Notes: generated by a model from the letters alone, not told the origin. 64,000 nt of DNA from an uncultured Candidatus Saccharibacteria bacterium (GCA_964365955.1 CAYISA010000005.1:751-64750), one strand, 5' to 3'. Positions 18,131 to 27,822 are shown, counted from the stretch's first letter. Numbers and translations: made by a program.

Positions 18131-19559
18131 GTTCTTTTATACTGGTGCCCTCGGGCCGATTCGAACGGCCATCACCTCCTTCGGAGGGAGAGATCCTATC
18201 CATTGAACGACGAGGGCTAAGCCCCATCATTATTCCCAAGAGCAGCCAAAACATCAACCGACCAGCTTGCAGGTCCCAAAAATAATGATCCGCCATTGCC
18301 ATCACAAGAAAAGAAATAAAAAGTGAAAACATAACCACTATTTCCACCGGGAACATCCCTTTTGTCTGCCGCAACGTGATCCACCCCGCGACCCCCAGAT
18401 ACGCAAGAAATATCAAAAAAACCGCGAGCGCCGGAAAACCCGCTTCTGTAGCGATCAGAATAAAAAGATTGTGCACGGGCTGCCAGTTCCAGAATTCCTT
18501 TTCGGTAATTCCTTCGTCCTGATAAAACCCCCGCCCCACTCCATACGCAACTTGGTTCCCCAACCCGACTCCCGACGGCCGCTCTACAATCGTTCGAATC
18601 CCGATCGTGTTATAGAGGACGCGGTACTGGAACGAAGGATCGGTTTGAATTGGAATCGCCGCGCGGGGTAAGACCAGATGCCCAAATGCCGCCAAAAGAA
18701 ATACGGCGATCGCGACTATGCGCGCGAAAAGGAGCAGTACAGGAAACCGCATTTCTCTAATCCATAGTCCCAATAGAACAACAAAAAACGTCATAATGCC
18801 GGCGCCAATCCATCCAGAACGAGAAAAGGAAAATAAAAGTCCCGTACTCACAATAAGAATTCCGGCTCCGATTGCGATTCTCCGCACGGAGAATTTTTTT
18901 GTTGCTTCGCTCAAAAAAAGATAGTAGAGCGCCGCAAGCCCCAGAACCAAAAACGCGGCATAAATGTTTGCGTGTGGGAATGTCCCGTAGGAACGGAGCA
19001 GAAAACCGCCGTCCACCAAAGCCCTTCCTACGTTCTTCGTGGCGCCGGTAATAACCGACTCCCCCAAAAACCACAACCCAACGCTTTTTTGAAATATGGA
19101 CTGAAAAATTCCTACGAGCCCTTCGAGTACCGCAGTCCCGGCAATCGCGGTTGCAACACTTGCGAAAGAAATTATTTTTTTAAAAAGCAAAGTCATGGCA
19201 GCAACGCCAGCGGCAACCGCAAGAAACAGGCGCGCATAAAGAAATAAGCCCGGAAACGACAGGGGTGTATACCAAACGGTCACGAGCACAAAACAAAAAA
19301 ATAAAAATAACAGGGTTTGTGCTTTTTTATTTTTCGCAAAAACTGTTCCGGCGTCTTCCCAAATATTTTTCGAAAAAAGAAACAGAAAGAGAAACAGGAC
19401 AGCGGTCATATCCGTCAAAAACAAAAACACAGCCGAAAATTCCTGAAACCTCGGAAGATTCGTGGGCACTTCAAACAAAAACTTTTTTGTTCCGAACGGA
19501 AGGGAGACGAGAAATACGAAAAATGCGAGCGCCAGAGGATTTTCAAAATACTTTTGCAT
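18117..19559 (-). CDS. O-antigen ligase/polymerase-family polytopic membrane protein. The last ~33 codons run through the tRNA-Arg gene.
   Basis: About 12 TM helices with a large loop typical of Wzy_C/WaaL-like proteins. The C-terminal tail SPRRSMDRISPSEGGDGRSNRPEGT is the translated tRNA sequence. Confidence 0.6.
   Translation of the reverse strand: MQKYFENPLALAFFVFLVSLPFGTKKFLFEVPTNLPRFQEFSAVFLFLTDMTAVLFLFLFLFSKNIWEDAGTVFAKNKKAQTLLFLFFCFVLVTVWYTPLSFPGLFLYARLFLAVAAGVAAMTLLFKKIISFASVATAIAGTAVLEGLVGIFQSIFQKSVGLWFLGESVITGATKNVGRALVDGGFLLRSYGTFPHANIYAAFLVLGLAALYYLFLSEATKKFSVRRIAIGAGILIVSTGLLFSFSRSGWIGAGIMTFFVVLLGLWIREMRFPVLLLFARIVAIAVFLLAAFGHLVLPRAAIPIQTDPSFQYRVLYNTIGIRTIVERPSGVGLGNQVAYGVGRGFYQDEGITEKEFWNWQPVHNLFILIATEAGFPALAVFLIFLAYLGVAGWITLRQTKGMFPVEIVVMFSLFISFLVMAMADHYFWDLQAGRLMFWLLLGIMMGLSPRRSMDRISPSEGGDGRSNRPEGTSIKEHEES
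18143..18217 (-). tRNA. tRNA-Arg (anticodon CCG), CCA encoded.
   Basis: Cloverleaf: acceptor GCCCUCG/CGAGGGC, D-loop AAUGGAUA, anticodon stem UCUCC/GGAGG with loop CUCCGAA, T-stem GGCCG/CGGCC with loop UUCGAAU, discriminator A, then CCA. Confidence 0.9.
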
Positions 19560-19562
19560 TTT

Positions 19563-20669
19563 TCAAAAAATTTTCACTACTCCCGAGATAATCGCCACGG
19601 CAAAGACTAAAATCAGCGGGATCGCAATCCATCGGTACGGATGCGCGGGAAATGCCTTCCGCCACATAAACGCGATCGCCGCTCCTTCCATCCCCAAAAG
19701 CACGCTTCCCGTAAAGCTCACGGCACTCAAAAAATGATTGACTCCCGCGAAGTAGAGCAGAAGCGGAAAAATCCAGGGAACGGCATATGCCGCAACATTC
19801 GGTGCTTTAAGGTCCTCCCGCAAAGTGTCGCGTAGATTGATTCCGATTATAAAATAGGAAGTCCATAGAGCAAAAAAGCCGAGCGTCCCGAGTGCCAAAA
19901 GTGCGCCGGACGGCAAAAATCCCAATCCGGCAACGGCATCGATCGAAGGAGAGGGGGGAAGTGTAAGTATGCCTACCACAAAAACGAAATAGAGTATCAC
20001 GGGAATTACGGTGCCCCAAAAAATAGCGCGCGGAAGAGAGAAAGGGGAATGCTCCCGTTCGCTTTTCCTCCATGTTTTTACCACTTCCCCAATCGCGGGC
20101 CTTCCTGAAAACGCAAAAAGAAGCGGACCGAACGGGAGCACAAAACCGAGCCAACCGGTCAGGGATGGGGTCGAAAACTCAAGAGATTTTCCCGCACCCA
20201 TCCATACAATCGCTCCCACCGCCCCTATAATGCTAAAGACGCCCAAAAACTCCGCCCAACCAACCCACGAGAGCCGTGCGAGCATAAAAAATGATCCGAG
20301 CGCCCAAAAACCTATTACTAAATATCCTGTCGGGATATCCGCCACAAGTTTTAAAAACGACGGCGCCAAAATAAGATAGATGGTCATCACAAACACCAGC
20401 TCCAAAAAAACTCCGCCGGAAACTAGATTCGCAAAGAAACGAGGGAGGTATGTGCGGGCGACGTAAAAAAACTGGTGGGATTCGTCTGTTTTCAATAAAA
20501 GATCCGCGTACATCCGATGAATTACCAAATACACGGCGGCGAAAAAAATAAAATAAAAAATGCCGCGGACCAGCCCCACGCGGCTTATCACATACGGCAA
20601 TGAAAAAATTCCCGCGCCGACAATCGTGCCCACCAAAAGGGCTATCGCCAGCACGCTGTTTTTATGCAT
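19563..20669 (-). CDS. Amino-acid permease-like transporter (Trp/Tyr permease family-like).
   Basis: About 11 TM helices. The N-terminal GTIVGAGIFSLPYV resembles the aromatic amino acid permease signature. Confidence 0.55.
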   Translation of the reverse strand: MHKNSVLAIALLVGTIVGAGIFSLPYVISRVGLVRGIFYFIFFAAVYLVIHRMYADLLLKTDESHQFFYVARTYLPRFFANLVSGGVFLELVFVMTIYLILAPSFLKLVADIPTGYLVIGFWALGSFFMLARLSWVGWAEFLGVFSIIGAVGAIVWMGAGKSLEFSTPSLTGWLGFVLPFGPLLFAFSGRPAIGEVVKTWRKSEREHSPFSLPRAIFWGTVIPVILYFVFVVGILTLPPSPSIDAVAGLGFLPSGALLALGTLGFFALWTSYFIIGINLRDTLREDLKAPNVAAYAVPWIFPLLLYFAGVNHFLSAVSFTGSVLLGMEGAAIAFMWRKAFPAHPYRWIAIPLILVFAVAIISGVVKIF

Positions 20670-20687
20670 AGCGCGCTTTTTTTGTCT

Positions 20688-20987
20688 TTATTCTGTAGCG
20701 TACACCTCGTCTCCTTCGCGAACCTTCCCGTCTACTTTAATTCCCACCTCCTGTCCTTTTTTGGCGGTATCGATCGGTTTGTGGTCAAACTGCATTGATT
20801 TGATGTTTTCCGTAAAATCCGTCGTTGCGCCTTTAAAATGGACCGCGTCTCCCACGCGCATAGCGGTGCTGAATTTTACGATCGCCACTTCCAAATGCCC
20901 GAAATAGTGCGTGACAACTCCGATCGGTTTCGATTTTTTGACTGCTTTCGGTTTTTTCGCTGCCGGTTTTGTTTTTGCGTTCGGCAT
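20688..20987 (-). CDS. Hypothetical small protein with a basic N-terminal tail and a beta-barrel-like domain.
   Basis: KKPKAVKKSK tail followed by a region resembling translation-protein beta-barrels. No firm family call. Confidence 0.4.
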   Translation of the reverse strand: MPNAKTKPAAKKPKAVKKSKPIGVVTHYFGHLEVAIVKFSTAMRVGDAVHFKGATTDFTENIKSMQFDHKPIDTAKKGQEVGIKVDGKVREGDEVYATE

Positions 20988-20993
20988 AATCGT

Positions 20994-21626
20994 TTAAAGA
21001 TGAATACGACCTTTGATTCCCTGTTTTTCTTCCTCTTCTTCAATCAGGTTCAGTACTTTTTCGACCAAATCCGACGGGTCGGAAGAGAACACAATCTTCC
21101 CGGGTCCCCGATGCGCCATTTCCAGAATATCCTTGATTCTATCCGCCATTCCTCCGGAACCTTCCAATATCCCCTGCGGTTTTTGATCTTCAAACGCGAT
21201 GGTGAATTCGTTTAAGGTTCCCATTCTCCCGCAGATCGTAATCACGGCATCCGCAGAACGCGTAAGAAGCAAATTGCGGCCCGCGTACTCGAAACCGGTA
21301 TAGATCACCATGTCGTGATAATCGAGTGGAAGATGATAGGTTTTTACATGCGCTACTTTCGAAGCGGCGGGAGAGAGGCCGATTACCACGCCGCCCGCTT
21401 CTTTCGCGCCTTTTGCCGCCCAGTACGGAGTCCCGGTGGTGGCTCCGGTCACCAGAATAAGACCACGTTTGGCGATTTCCCGCCCAATTTGTTCCGCTTT
21501 TTCGAGAGCATCCTTCGCGCAATGACCCGTTTCCGCCGCTCCGGATACGCAGATTTTATATTTTAAATTATGACTGTGATTATGAATGACTTTTGCGGTA
21601 TCACCCGCATTTTTCTTGATCGGCAT
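20994..21626 (-). CDS. LOG-family/TIGR00725-like Rossmann-fold protein.
   Basis: GGxGTxxE-type motif CGRMGTLNEFT and an N-terminal VSGAAETG region. Confidence 0.7.
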   Translation of the reverse strand: MPIKKNAGDTAKVIHNHSHNLKYKICVSGAAETGHCAKDALEKAEQIGREIAKRGLILVTGATTGTPYWAAKGAKEAGGVVIGLSPAASKVAHVKTYHLPLDYHDMVIYTGFEYAGRNLLLTRSADAVITICGRMGTLNEFTIAFEDQKPQGILEGSGGMADRIKDILEMAHRGPGKIVFSSDPSDLVEKVLNLIEEEEEKQGIKGRIHL

Positions 21627-21632
21627 ATGTAT

Positions 21633-22997
21633 CTATAATATCACACTGTCGCCCGCAGTCGGCACAGATGCTTCAACTGCCAGTTCGTCGCGTAATTTAA
21701 GCGCCAACGCTTCCGCCTGTTCTTCTTCTCCCTGAACTACAAATACTTTTTTGACACGGCTTCGCATTGCGTCCACCCATTTCACCAACTGCGGCTGATC
21801 CGCGTGCGCGGAATAACCGCTGATCGTACATGTTTTGCATCGCACCGGAACGACTTCTCCAAACATTTTTACGCTCGTCGCACCATCTAAAATCAAACGC
21901 CCCAGCGTTCCTTTGCCTTGATGCCCCACAAAAATAATCGTGCTGGCGGGGTCGGATAGGTACCTTCGTTCGTGGTGAAGAATGCGTCCGCCATTCGACA
22001 TGCCGGAACCCGCCATAATGACTTTGGGCGACGGGACATCATTAATCGCCTTTGATTCTTCTGTGGTAAGCGTCATACGAAGTCCGGGGAAATTAAAAAT
22101 AGCATCGCCTTTCTGAATCAATTGGATCGCTTTTTCGCTGAAATAATGGGGATCTTCGGAATATTTCTGATAGACCGCTGTGAGCTTGATTGCGAGCGGA
22201 CTGTCGATAAACACCGGAATGCGCGGAATACGCCCGTGTTCCACAAGTTCATTCAGTTCAAAAATCATCTCTTGCGTGCGCTCCAGCGCAAACGCAGGAA
22301 TCATCACTACACCTTTCAAAAGAATCGTCTCTTCAATCGCGTCTTCCAATAAATCCTTCCGCTCCGCCGCTTTTTCGTGTATTCGCGCGCCATAGACGGA
22401 TTCCACCAGCGCGTAATCCACGTCTTCGATATATTCCGTAGGGCGGATAAACGGAGCGGGAATATTCCCCAAATCACCCGAAAAAACAATCTTCTTCCCT
22501 TCTGCCTCAACCAGAATGGAAGCGGACCCCAAGACGTGCCCCGCATCATAAAGCTCAACAGTAAACGGCCCTACCGTAACGTGTTCGTGATACGCAATCT
22601 TCTGCCAAAACCCGACCGTCTGTATGACATCCGCGATGCTATATAAAGGGGTTCGTTTTTTTCTTTCGGCTTCCTCCCGAAGCAGATGCTCGGAGTCCAC
22701 CAGAAGCGACTCCGCCATGTCTTTGGTGGGGTGCGTTGAGTAGATTTTCCCGTGAAATCCCGCTTTGATGAGTTTCGGCAGCCGCCCGGTGTGATCAATA
22801 TGCGCGTGCGTGATAAAAACTGCGGAAATGTTTTTAGGGTCAAACTCAAACGGCTTATAATTTTCTTCTTCCACGTAACTCGATCCCTGGTGCAGTCCGC
22901 AGTCCACTAGAATCTTCGTGTCGCCGGACTCCAGTAAATAATTGGAGCCGGTTACTTCTTTCACGGCTCCCAAAAATGTGAGTTTCATCCCGTTCAT
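21633..22997 (-). CDS. MBL-fold beta-CASP ribonuclease (RNase J/CPSF-like).
   Basis: HAHIDHTG motif, with downstream beta-CASP and RNA-specificity regions. Confidence 0.8.
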   Translation of the reverse strand: MNGMKLTFLGAVKEVTGSNYLLESGDTKILVDCGLHQGSSYVEEENYKPFEFDPKNISAVFITHAHIDHTGRLPKLIKAGFHGKIYSTHPTKDMAESLLVDSEHLLREEAERKKRTPLYSIADVIQTVGFWQKIAYHEHVTVGPFTVELYDAGHVLGSASILVEAEGKKIVFSGDLGNIPAPFIRPTEYIEDVDYALVESVYGARIHEKAAERKDLLEDAIEETILLKGVVMIPAFALERTQEMIFELNELVEHGRIPRIPVFIDSPLAIKLTAVYQKYSEDPHYFSEKAIQLIQKGDAIFNFPGLRMTLTTEESKAINDVPSPKVIMAGSGMSNGGRILHHERRYLSDPASTIIFVGHQGKGTLGRLILDGATSVKMFGEVVPVRCKTCTISGYSAHADQPQLVKWVDAMRSRVKKVFVVQGEEEQAEALALKLRDELAVEASVPTAGDSVIL

Positions 22998-23125
22998 TAT
23001 AAATTGTCTGCACCAAAATAAAAAATCAGAATCTCGATGCCCTGATCAATCCCACCTGCTTCTCCAAAACGTGCATATTTCCATCCCAGAAGTATGGGAA
23101 TTCAATCACATACATATTTAGTATA

Positions 23126-23155
23126 TAAAAAAGCCTCTCGTTTGCACGAGAGGCT
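23126..23155 (-). terminator. Rho-independent terminator (minus strand).
   Basis: agcctctcg-tttgca-cgagaggct hairpin followed on the minus strand by T6. Confidence 0.6.
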
Positions 23156-23212
23156 AAGTCTAAGGGTCTAAGAGACCCGAGGTCATTACTGATGGACGTA
23201 AGCGTCTAAGCG

Positions 23213-23869
23213 CTATTCGTCGCAGTCGCAGAGACACAGGACAACGCCGTCGGAACGCCAGCCAAACTCGAAGTAGCCGAGGTAGAACCGGAAGTCACCG
23301 CCCGAGGCAGCGTCCACGCGCGGCACCCTGTGGTCACCGCCGGAGTCCTGCCAAAGAGCATCTTTCTCATCGAAAGAAACCGTGTACTTTCCTTTCGGAA
23401 GCACATCCTTCTTCAGCTGGTAGACCAGGGACAACCCTTGGGCACCCGTGAGGATCGCGCCGACCGCTTTGTAGAGGCCGAGACAATCGTCGGAGTTGAC
23501 GGTCTTGCGGATCGAGAAGAGTTTCGCTTTGTAGGTTTTCCCGGGGACGAGCTTCTGCGTCGCCTTCCGGAAATTCCTGTCCGTGATCTCATCATTGAAG
23601 TAGTAAAACTCCTTCTTCTTGAGTGTGCTGAGCTACGTTCCGTGGTCGTAGTCCGTGGGGACCGTGATCTTGAATTCCATGAGGAATTCGAATCGAGAGT
23701 CGATCGACGGGAGTTTCTTGCCCGAAAGAAACGCCTCGCGCTGTTCTTTCGTTAAATTGTTGAACCACTCAACTTGAGCGAGGGTCATCTGACCGCTACG
23801 CATCTTCGACAGCATGTCGATTTGCAAACCAGCCAATTTGGCCGCATCTGCGCCGATGATCATCTCCAT
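23213..23869 (-). pseudogene. GC-rich unknown gene interrupted by an in-frame TAG (78 aa, stop, then 140 aa in the same frame).
   Basis: ORFs 23633-23869 and 23213-23632 are contiguous in one frame, separated only by TAG 23633-23635. The final stop is also TAG. The gene has its own consensus promoter and terminator. Confidence 0.5.
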
Positions 23870-23937
23870 CGTTGTACCTTTCTGTTAATGAACACCTAGA
23901 GATTGCTAGGTCAGGCGTACGAGTATCGTACGTTAGA

Positions 23938-23967
23938 ATTGTAGCATGGTAGACGCTATTTTGTCAA
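23938..23967 (-). promoter_or_regulatory. Consensus sigma70 promoter (minus strand).
   Basis: TTGACA (23962-23967), an 18-nt spacer, then TACAAT (23938-23943). An RBS gaaagg lies upstream of ATG 23869. Confidence 0.6.
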
Positions 23968-23999
23968 GTATATAAAACCTTCTAAGATAGGGGGTTTAG

Positions 24000-25274
24000 T
24001 TAGTGTGCACGTTCTTTTTGTGCCAGCGCTTCTTCTACCACTTTCCGGTCACTCCACGGGATTTTCTTGCCTTTTGCGACGCGCAAATACGGCTCGCTCC
24101 CTTTCCCGGTTACAACCACAACATCTCCTTTTTTTGCCAACTGAACCGCTTTTTGAATCGCCTGCCTGCGATCCAAAATAGGGTAATAATTATTCGGTTT
24201 CAGTCGTGAATGTGTTGCGGTCAAAAAACCTTCCTCCACTTGTTTAATGATCTCCTCGGGGTTTTCGTCAAACGGGTCTTCGTTCGTCAAAATAATTTTT
24301 TCACAATGCTCTGCCGCGATCTGTCCCAAAACCGGACGCTTCCATTTGTCTCGTCCGCCTCCGGCGGCACCGAGCACGCAGATGAGCTCACCGCCCGAAT
24401 CCACTAAAAATCCCCGCTCAAGGGTTTCGTACACTTTTTCGAGTGAATCGAGAGTGTGCGCATAATCCACGACAACCGCGAAGGGAGTTTTTTGGACGAA
24501 TTCCAACCGCCCCGGAACGCCGCGAAAGTTATCGAGCGCTCGTTTGATTATTTTCCAGTGAATCCCGCGGGAACGCGCAAACGTCACCGCCGCAGCCGCG
24601 TTTTCCAGATTGAAGTCCGCCATGAGCCAATCCCCCAACAACCGCCGACTCTCTGCCGAGCTTAGATCGTACTGCGCCCCGAGGTCTTCCTTCACAAACC
24701 GCTCGCGTCCAAAAAATGAAATGTTGGAATCCGGAACCGCACGAGCCGCTTCTTCAAAATATTTCTGATTTTTGTCTTCTTCGTTGATGAAAAAATACTT
24801 TACTTTTTTTCGGGATGTCGCAAGCGAACGGAAAAATTCCATCTTTGCGTCACGATACTTTTCGAACGATCCGTGCGATTCGATATGCTCGGGCGCCAGA
24901 TTCAGAAACACAGCCGCATCCCAATCGATAAACTTGTGCCGATGCTGAACGACGCCCTGTGACGTAACTTCAATAAACGCATACTCGCACCCGCACTGCA
25001 CGGCTTCATTCAAAAACTGCTGAATCGCAAACCGCCCCGGCATGGTGTTGCCCGTAAGATTCGCCGCTTCGGACGCGCAGATTTTGCGCCGCACCGAAGA
25101 AAGCAACGCGGTGTTTTTGCCCGCTGCCTCGAAAATAGCATTCATGAGTTCCAACACCGTTGACTTCCCTTTGGTCCCGGTGACCCCGACCACAAACAGG
25201 CGCCTGCTCGGGTGACGCAGAAACAGATCTCCGAACCACGCCCACCCAAAATGATAAAGAGAGGTGAGGTTCAT
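24000..25274 (-). CDS. murE: UDP-N-acetylmuramoyl-tripeptide synthetase (Mur ligase, MurE-like).
   Basis: GVTGTKGKST P-loop and the DYAHTLDSLE motif typical of MurE. Confidence 0.8.
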   Translation of the reverse strand: MNLTSLYHFGWAWFGDLFLRHPSRRLFVVGVTGTKGKSTVLELMNAIFEAAGKNTALLSSVRRKICASEAANLTGNTMPGRFAIQQFLNEAVQCGCEYAFIEVTSQGVVQHRHKFIDWDAAVFLNLAPEHIESHGSFEKYRDAKMEFFRSLATSRKKVKYFFINEEDKNQKYFEEAARAVPDSNISFFGRERFVKEDLGAQYDLSSAESRRLLGDWLMADFNLENAAAAVTFARSRGIHWKIIKRALDNFRGVPGRLEFVQKTPFAVVVDYAHTLDSLEKVYETLERGFLVDSGGELICVLGAAGGGRDKWKRPVLGQIAAEHCEKIILTNEDPFDENPEEIIKQVEEGFLTATHSRLKPNNYYPILDRRQAIQKAVQLAKKGDVVVVTGKGSEPYLRVAKGKKIPWSDRKVVEEALAQKERAH

Positions 25275-25281
25275 CGTTTAT

Positions 25282-25866
25282 TTATGCCCGCTTTTTACTT
25301 AAAATCTGGAGCGCTTTTTTGAGCCGACTCTCAAGCGTTTTTTCCCCGTGTCCTATTTCTTTTAGAGCTTGCTTTACGTGCCCGCGCAGATACCCCAAAC
25401 CTACCAGCGCCTCTTCCACCTCGGCATTCACGTCCATTACGTCCGTGCGCGTCCGGGATTCTGGAAGATGCACTTTGCTTTCGAGATCCAAAATAATCCG
25501 CTCGGCCGTTTTTCTGCCGATGCCCGACGCTTTTGTAAGAAACTCGGGGCGCTTCTCCAAAATAGCCGCCATCAAATTTTCTACTGTGTCGCTTTCCAGA
25601 ACGGAAAGCGCGGATTTTGGCCCCACCCCCGAAACGCTCGTGAGCAACTCAAAAAATCGTAGTTCGTTTTTTTCCAAAAACCCGTAAAGCGATTCCCCGT
25701 CTTCTTTCACGTGATGAAATGTGAATAGCGTGATTTTCGATCCCGCCTCCGGAAGTCGGCGAATCGTTGCGGCATTTAAGAATACCTGATATCCCACCCC
25801 TCCCACATCCAAAATCACAAAGGATTCCCGTTTGCTAAAAAGCGTGCCAGTGAGCTGGTAGATCAT
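25282..25866 (-). CDS. ruvA: Holliday junction helicase subunit RuvA.
   Basis: VGGVGYQV and GVGPKSA HhH motifs; ~194 aa. Confidence 0.9.
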   Translation of the reverse strand: MIYQLTGTLFSKRESFVILDVGGVGYQVFLNAATIRRLPEAGSKITLFTFHHVKEDGESLYGFLEKNELRFFELLTSVSGVGPKSALSVLESDTVENLMAAILEKRPEFLTKASGIGRKTAERIILDLESKVHLPESRTRTDVMDVNAEVEEALVGLGYLRGHVKQALKEIGHGEKTLESRLKKALQILSKKRA

Positions 25867-25953
25867 TTGGTTTTAGTATAAAAGAAATTCTGTCTTTTTT
25901 CTAACTGTTTTTATTTGACTTCCGAAAGTAAATACGATTAAAATAGAGCCATA

Positions 25954-26208
25954 ATGCCCAAAACAAAATCCGCCAAAAAAGCGCTCCGCCAGGGTCATCG
26001 GCGATTCAAGCAAAATACGTCCCGCAAAAATGAGCTGAAAACCGTGGTGAAAAGATACCGGAATCTCTTGCAAGACGGAAAGAAAGAGGAGGCTCAAGTG
26101 TATCTGGCAACCGTCTATAAAAAATTCGACAAAATGGCAAAGGCGGGACTCATCAAAAAAGGAAAAGCGCGTCGTGTAAAATCGCGTTTTTCGAAAAAAC
26201 TAAAATAA
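25954..26208 (+). CDS. rpsT: 30S ribosomal protein S20.
   Basis: MPKTKSAKKALRQ...; 84 aa, basic. Confidence 0.9.
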   Translation: MPKTKSAKKALRQGHRRFKQNTSRKNELKTVVKRYRNLLQDGKKEEAQVYLATVYKKFDKMAKAGLIKKGKARRVKSRFSKKLK

Positions 26209-27033
26209 CCCAAAACGCTCACCCCCTAACGCTAGATCGGTGAGCGCTTCTTCGTACTCTAATTTTCCGCTTTTTACCGCCACATCATAGTCCGCCATTT
26301 TTAAGATCGCGGGGCCTTGTGCAAGCGACCCCGCCATATTGAATACGTATGCCGCTTCCTCTTCGTGGAGCGCGCGCTCAAGAAAAAAAAGGGCTTCCGG
26401 GCTGTTGCGCGCATTCAAAATTCCGCGCGCGAGCGCGAACACTCCCGTTTTCTGGCCTCCGGTCAGAATGGTTTGTATATGGTTCAGCGAAACAGGAGCC
26501 GGAAAATGCGCGAGCTCCGTTTTTTGAAGTGCGCGGACAACGGTCCATCCACGCTCCACGCCATTTTGAATGGCATCCGCAAAAAACCGAAAAGCATCGG
26601 GGCTTAAAACAACTCCGTATGTCGAGCATTCTTTTTTGATAAATTCAGAAAGCGCGACACCGACGAGCTCCGGAAACTCCTGCGCACGCGTGGGCGGTTT
26701 CGTTAAAAACTGAAACGCTTTGCGCGGTTTCGCCTGGTCCACCGCGATCACGAATATTGTTACCGATTCCAACTCTTTCTTGAGCGTCTTAATCCACTCT
26801 TTTTCATCGCGCTCCGGAACTTCGTTCGCCCCGCGAAGGATCGCAAGTTTTGAGTCCGCAAACATGGAGGGCTGTTCCAAAAAATCCCGAACATTCGTCC
26901 AGTGATCGGGGTTCTTCTCCAAATCCGCCTCGAAGATATCCGTTTCTTTATTTTTCCCGCGATACTCTACAACCAGCTCGTGGAGTTTCCGCGCGCGCCG
27001 ATAAGAATCGGGACCGTAGAGATAGATGATCAT
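26200..27033 (-). CDS. holA: DNA polymerase III delta subunit.
   Basis: MIIYLYGPDSY N-terminus and a delta-subunit-like length. Convergent 9-nt overlap with rpsT. Confidence 0.7.
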   Translation of the reverse strand: MIIYLYGPDSYRRARKLHELVVEYRGKNKETDIFEADLEKNPDHWTNVRDFLEQPSMFADSKLAILRGANEVPERDEKEWIKTLKKELESVTIFVIAVDQAKPRKAFQFLTKPPTRAQEFPELVGVALSEFIKKECSTYGVVLSPDAFRFFADAIQNGVERGWTVVRALQKTELAHFPAPVSLNHIQTILTGGQKTGVFALARGILNARNSPEALFFLERALHEEEAAYVFNMAGSLAQGPAILKMADYDVAVKSGKLEYEEALTDLALGGERFGLF

Positions 27034-27200
27034 GGCTTATTTTCCAGTTTACTCTTTCTATTTAAAAACAAAAATCCCTTCTTCTGCAAAAGCAGAAAAG
27101 AGGCGCACTATTCGACTGTTATGCTATAGCATAACACCCATCCTTCGTAGTCATAGCGGTCTATTACGAAGTAGGCCACCCGTGATTTTCTCAAAAGCAT

Positions 27201-27230
27201 AATAAAATCCCCTGCCGTTACAGACAGGGG
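27201..27230 (-). terminator. Rho-independent terminator (minus strand).
   Basis: cccctg-ccgttaca-gacagggg hairpin followed on the minus strand by ATTTTATT. Confidence 0.6.
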
Positions 27231-27247
27231 ACTCGATAAACCCACGG

Positions 27248-27694
27248 TCACTGAAGAAGAATCTGTTTCCCGTCGTCCGAAAGTTCCATAAGGATACTTT
27301 TTTCGTTGACGGTGGACCAGTCGTTATTCTCCCAGTTCCATGTCCACTGGGAATAATCCCAAGTCACTTTCGCTCCATGGATCTGCCCGATCTTTCTGAC
27401 CGGAGGGAGAATCACGACTTCGATGTAGAGGTTGTAGTTTCGTTGAACGAAGATTGAACGATTACCGTAACTAACTCTGGTGGAAGTCCCTGAAGGAACC
27501 GTAAAGCTCAGAGGGCCGAGCTCGACCGGAAGCTCGTAGGGCGTGTTGTTGACGAATTTGATACCCGCCACAGCACCGCCTCCGAAAGCGTACTGTTTGA
27601 AACTGGTGGTGGAGATTGTGTAGGTCCCCATGGCACATCCCCCGAAGCCCAACGCGACAATCACGAGAGCGAGAAAAAATACCTTCGTTTTCAT
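27248..27694 (-). CDS. Hypothetical lipoprotein.
   Basis: Signal peptide plus lipobox GFGGC. Confidence 0.5.
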   Translation of the reverse strand: MKTKVFFLALVIVALGFGGCAMGTYTISTTSFKQYAFGGGAVAGIKFVNNTPYELPVELGPLSFTVPSGTSTRVSYGNRSIFVQRNYNLYIEVVILPPVRKIGQIHGAKVTWDYSQWTWNWENNDWSTVNEKSILMELSDDGKQILLQ

Positions 27695-27822
27695 CTTTAA
27701 ATCCTTTCTTGAATATGAATAAGTTAAGTTTCTAGTATAATTATATCACCAAATACCACAGAAGTCAAATATGCACAGTTTTCGTTGATATTCGGGGCTT
27801 TGGGGGCTATCATGAATAAACA

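Noticed and set aside
23213-23869. The idea that the in-frame TAG (and the TAA inside VirB4) reflects a reassigned genetic code.
   Set aside because: TAA and TAG terminate conserved housekeeping genes in this window (infC, rpmI, rpmH, murE). The interrupted gene itself ends in TAG. A local mutation, a sequencing error or a gene-specific readthrough is more likely.
27118-27135. A dif (XerC/D) site interpretation of the 18-bp palindrome.
   Set aside because: The half-sites do not match the XerC/XerD arm consensus (GGTGCGCATAA / TTATGTTAAAT).
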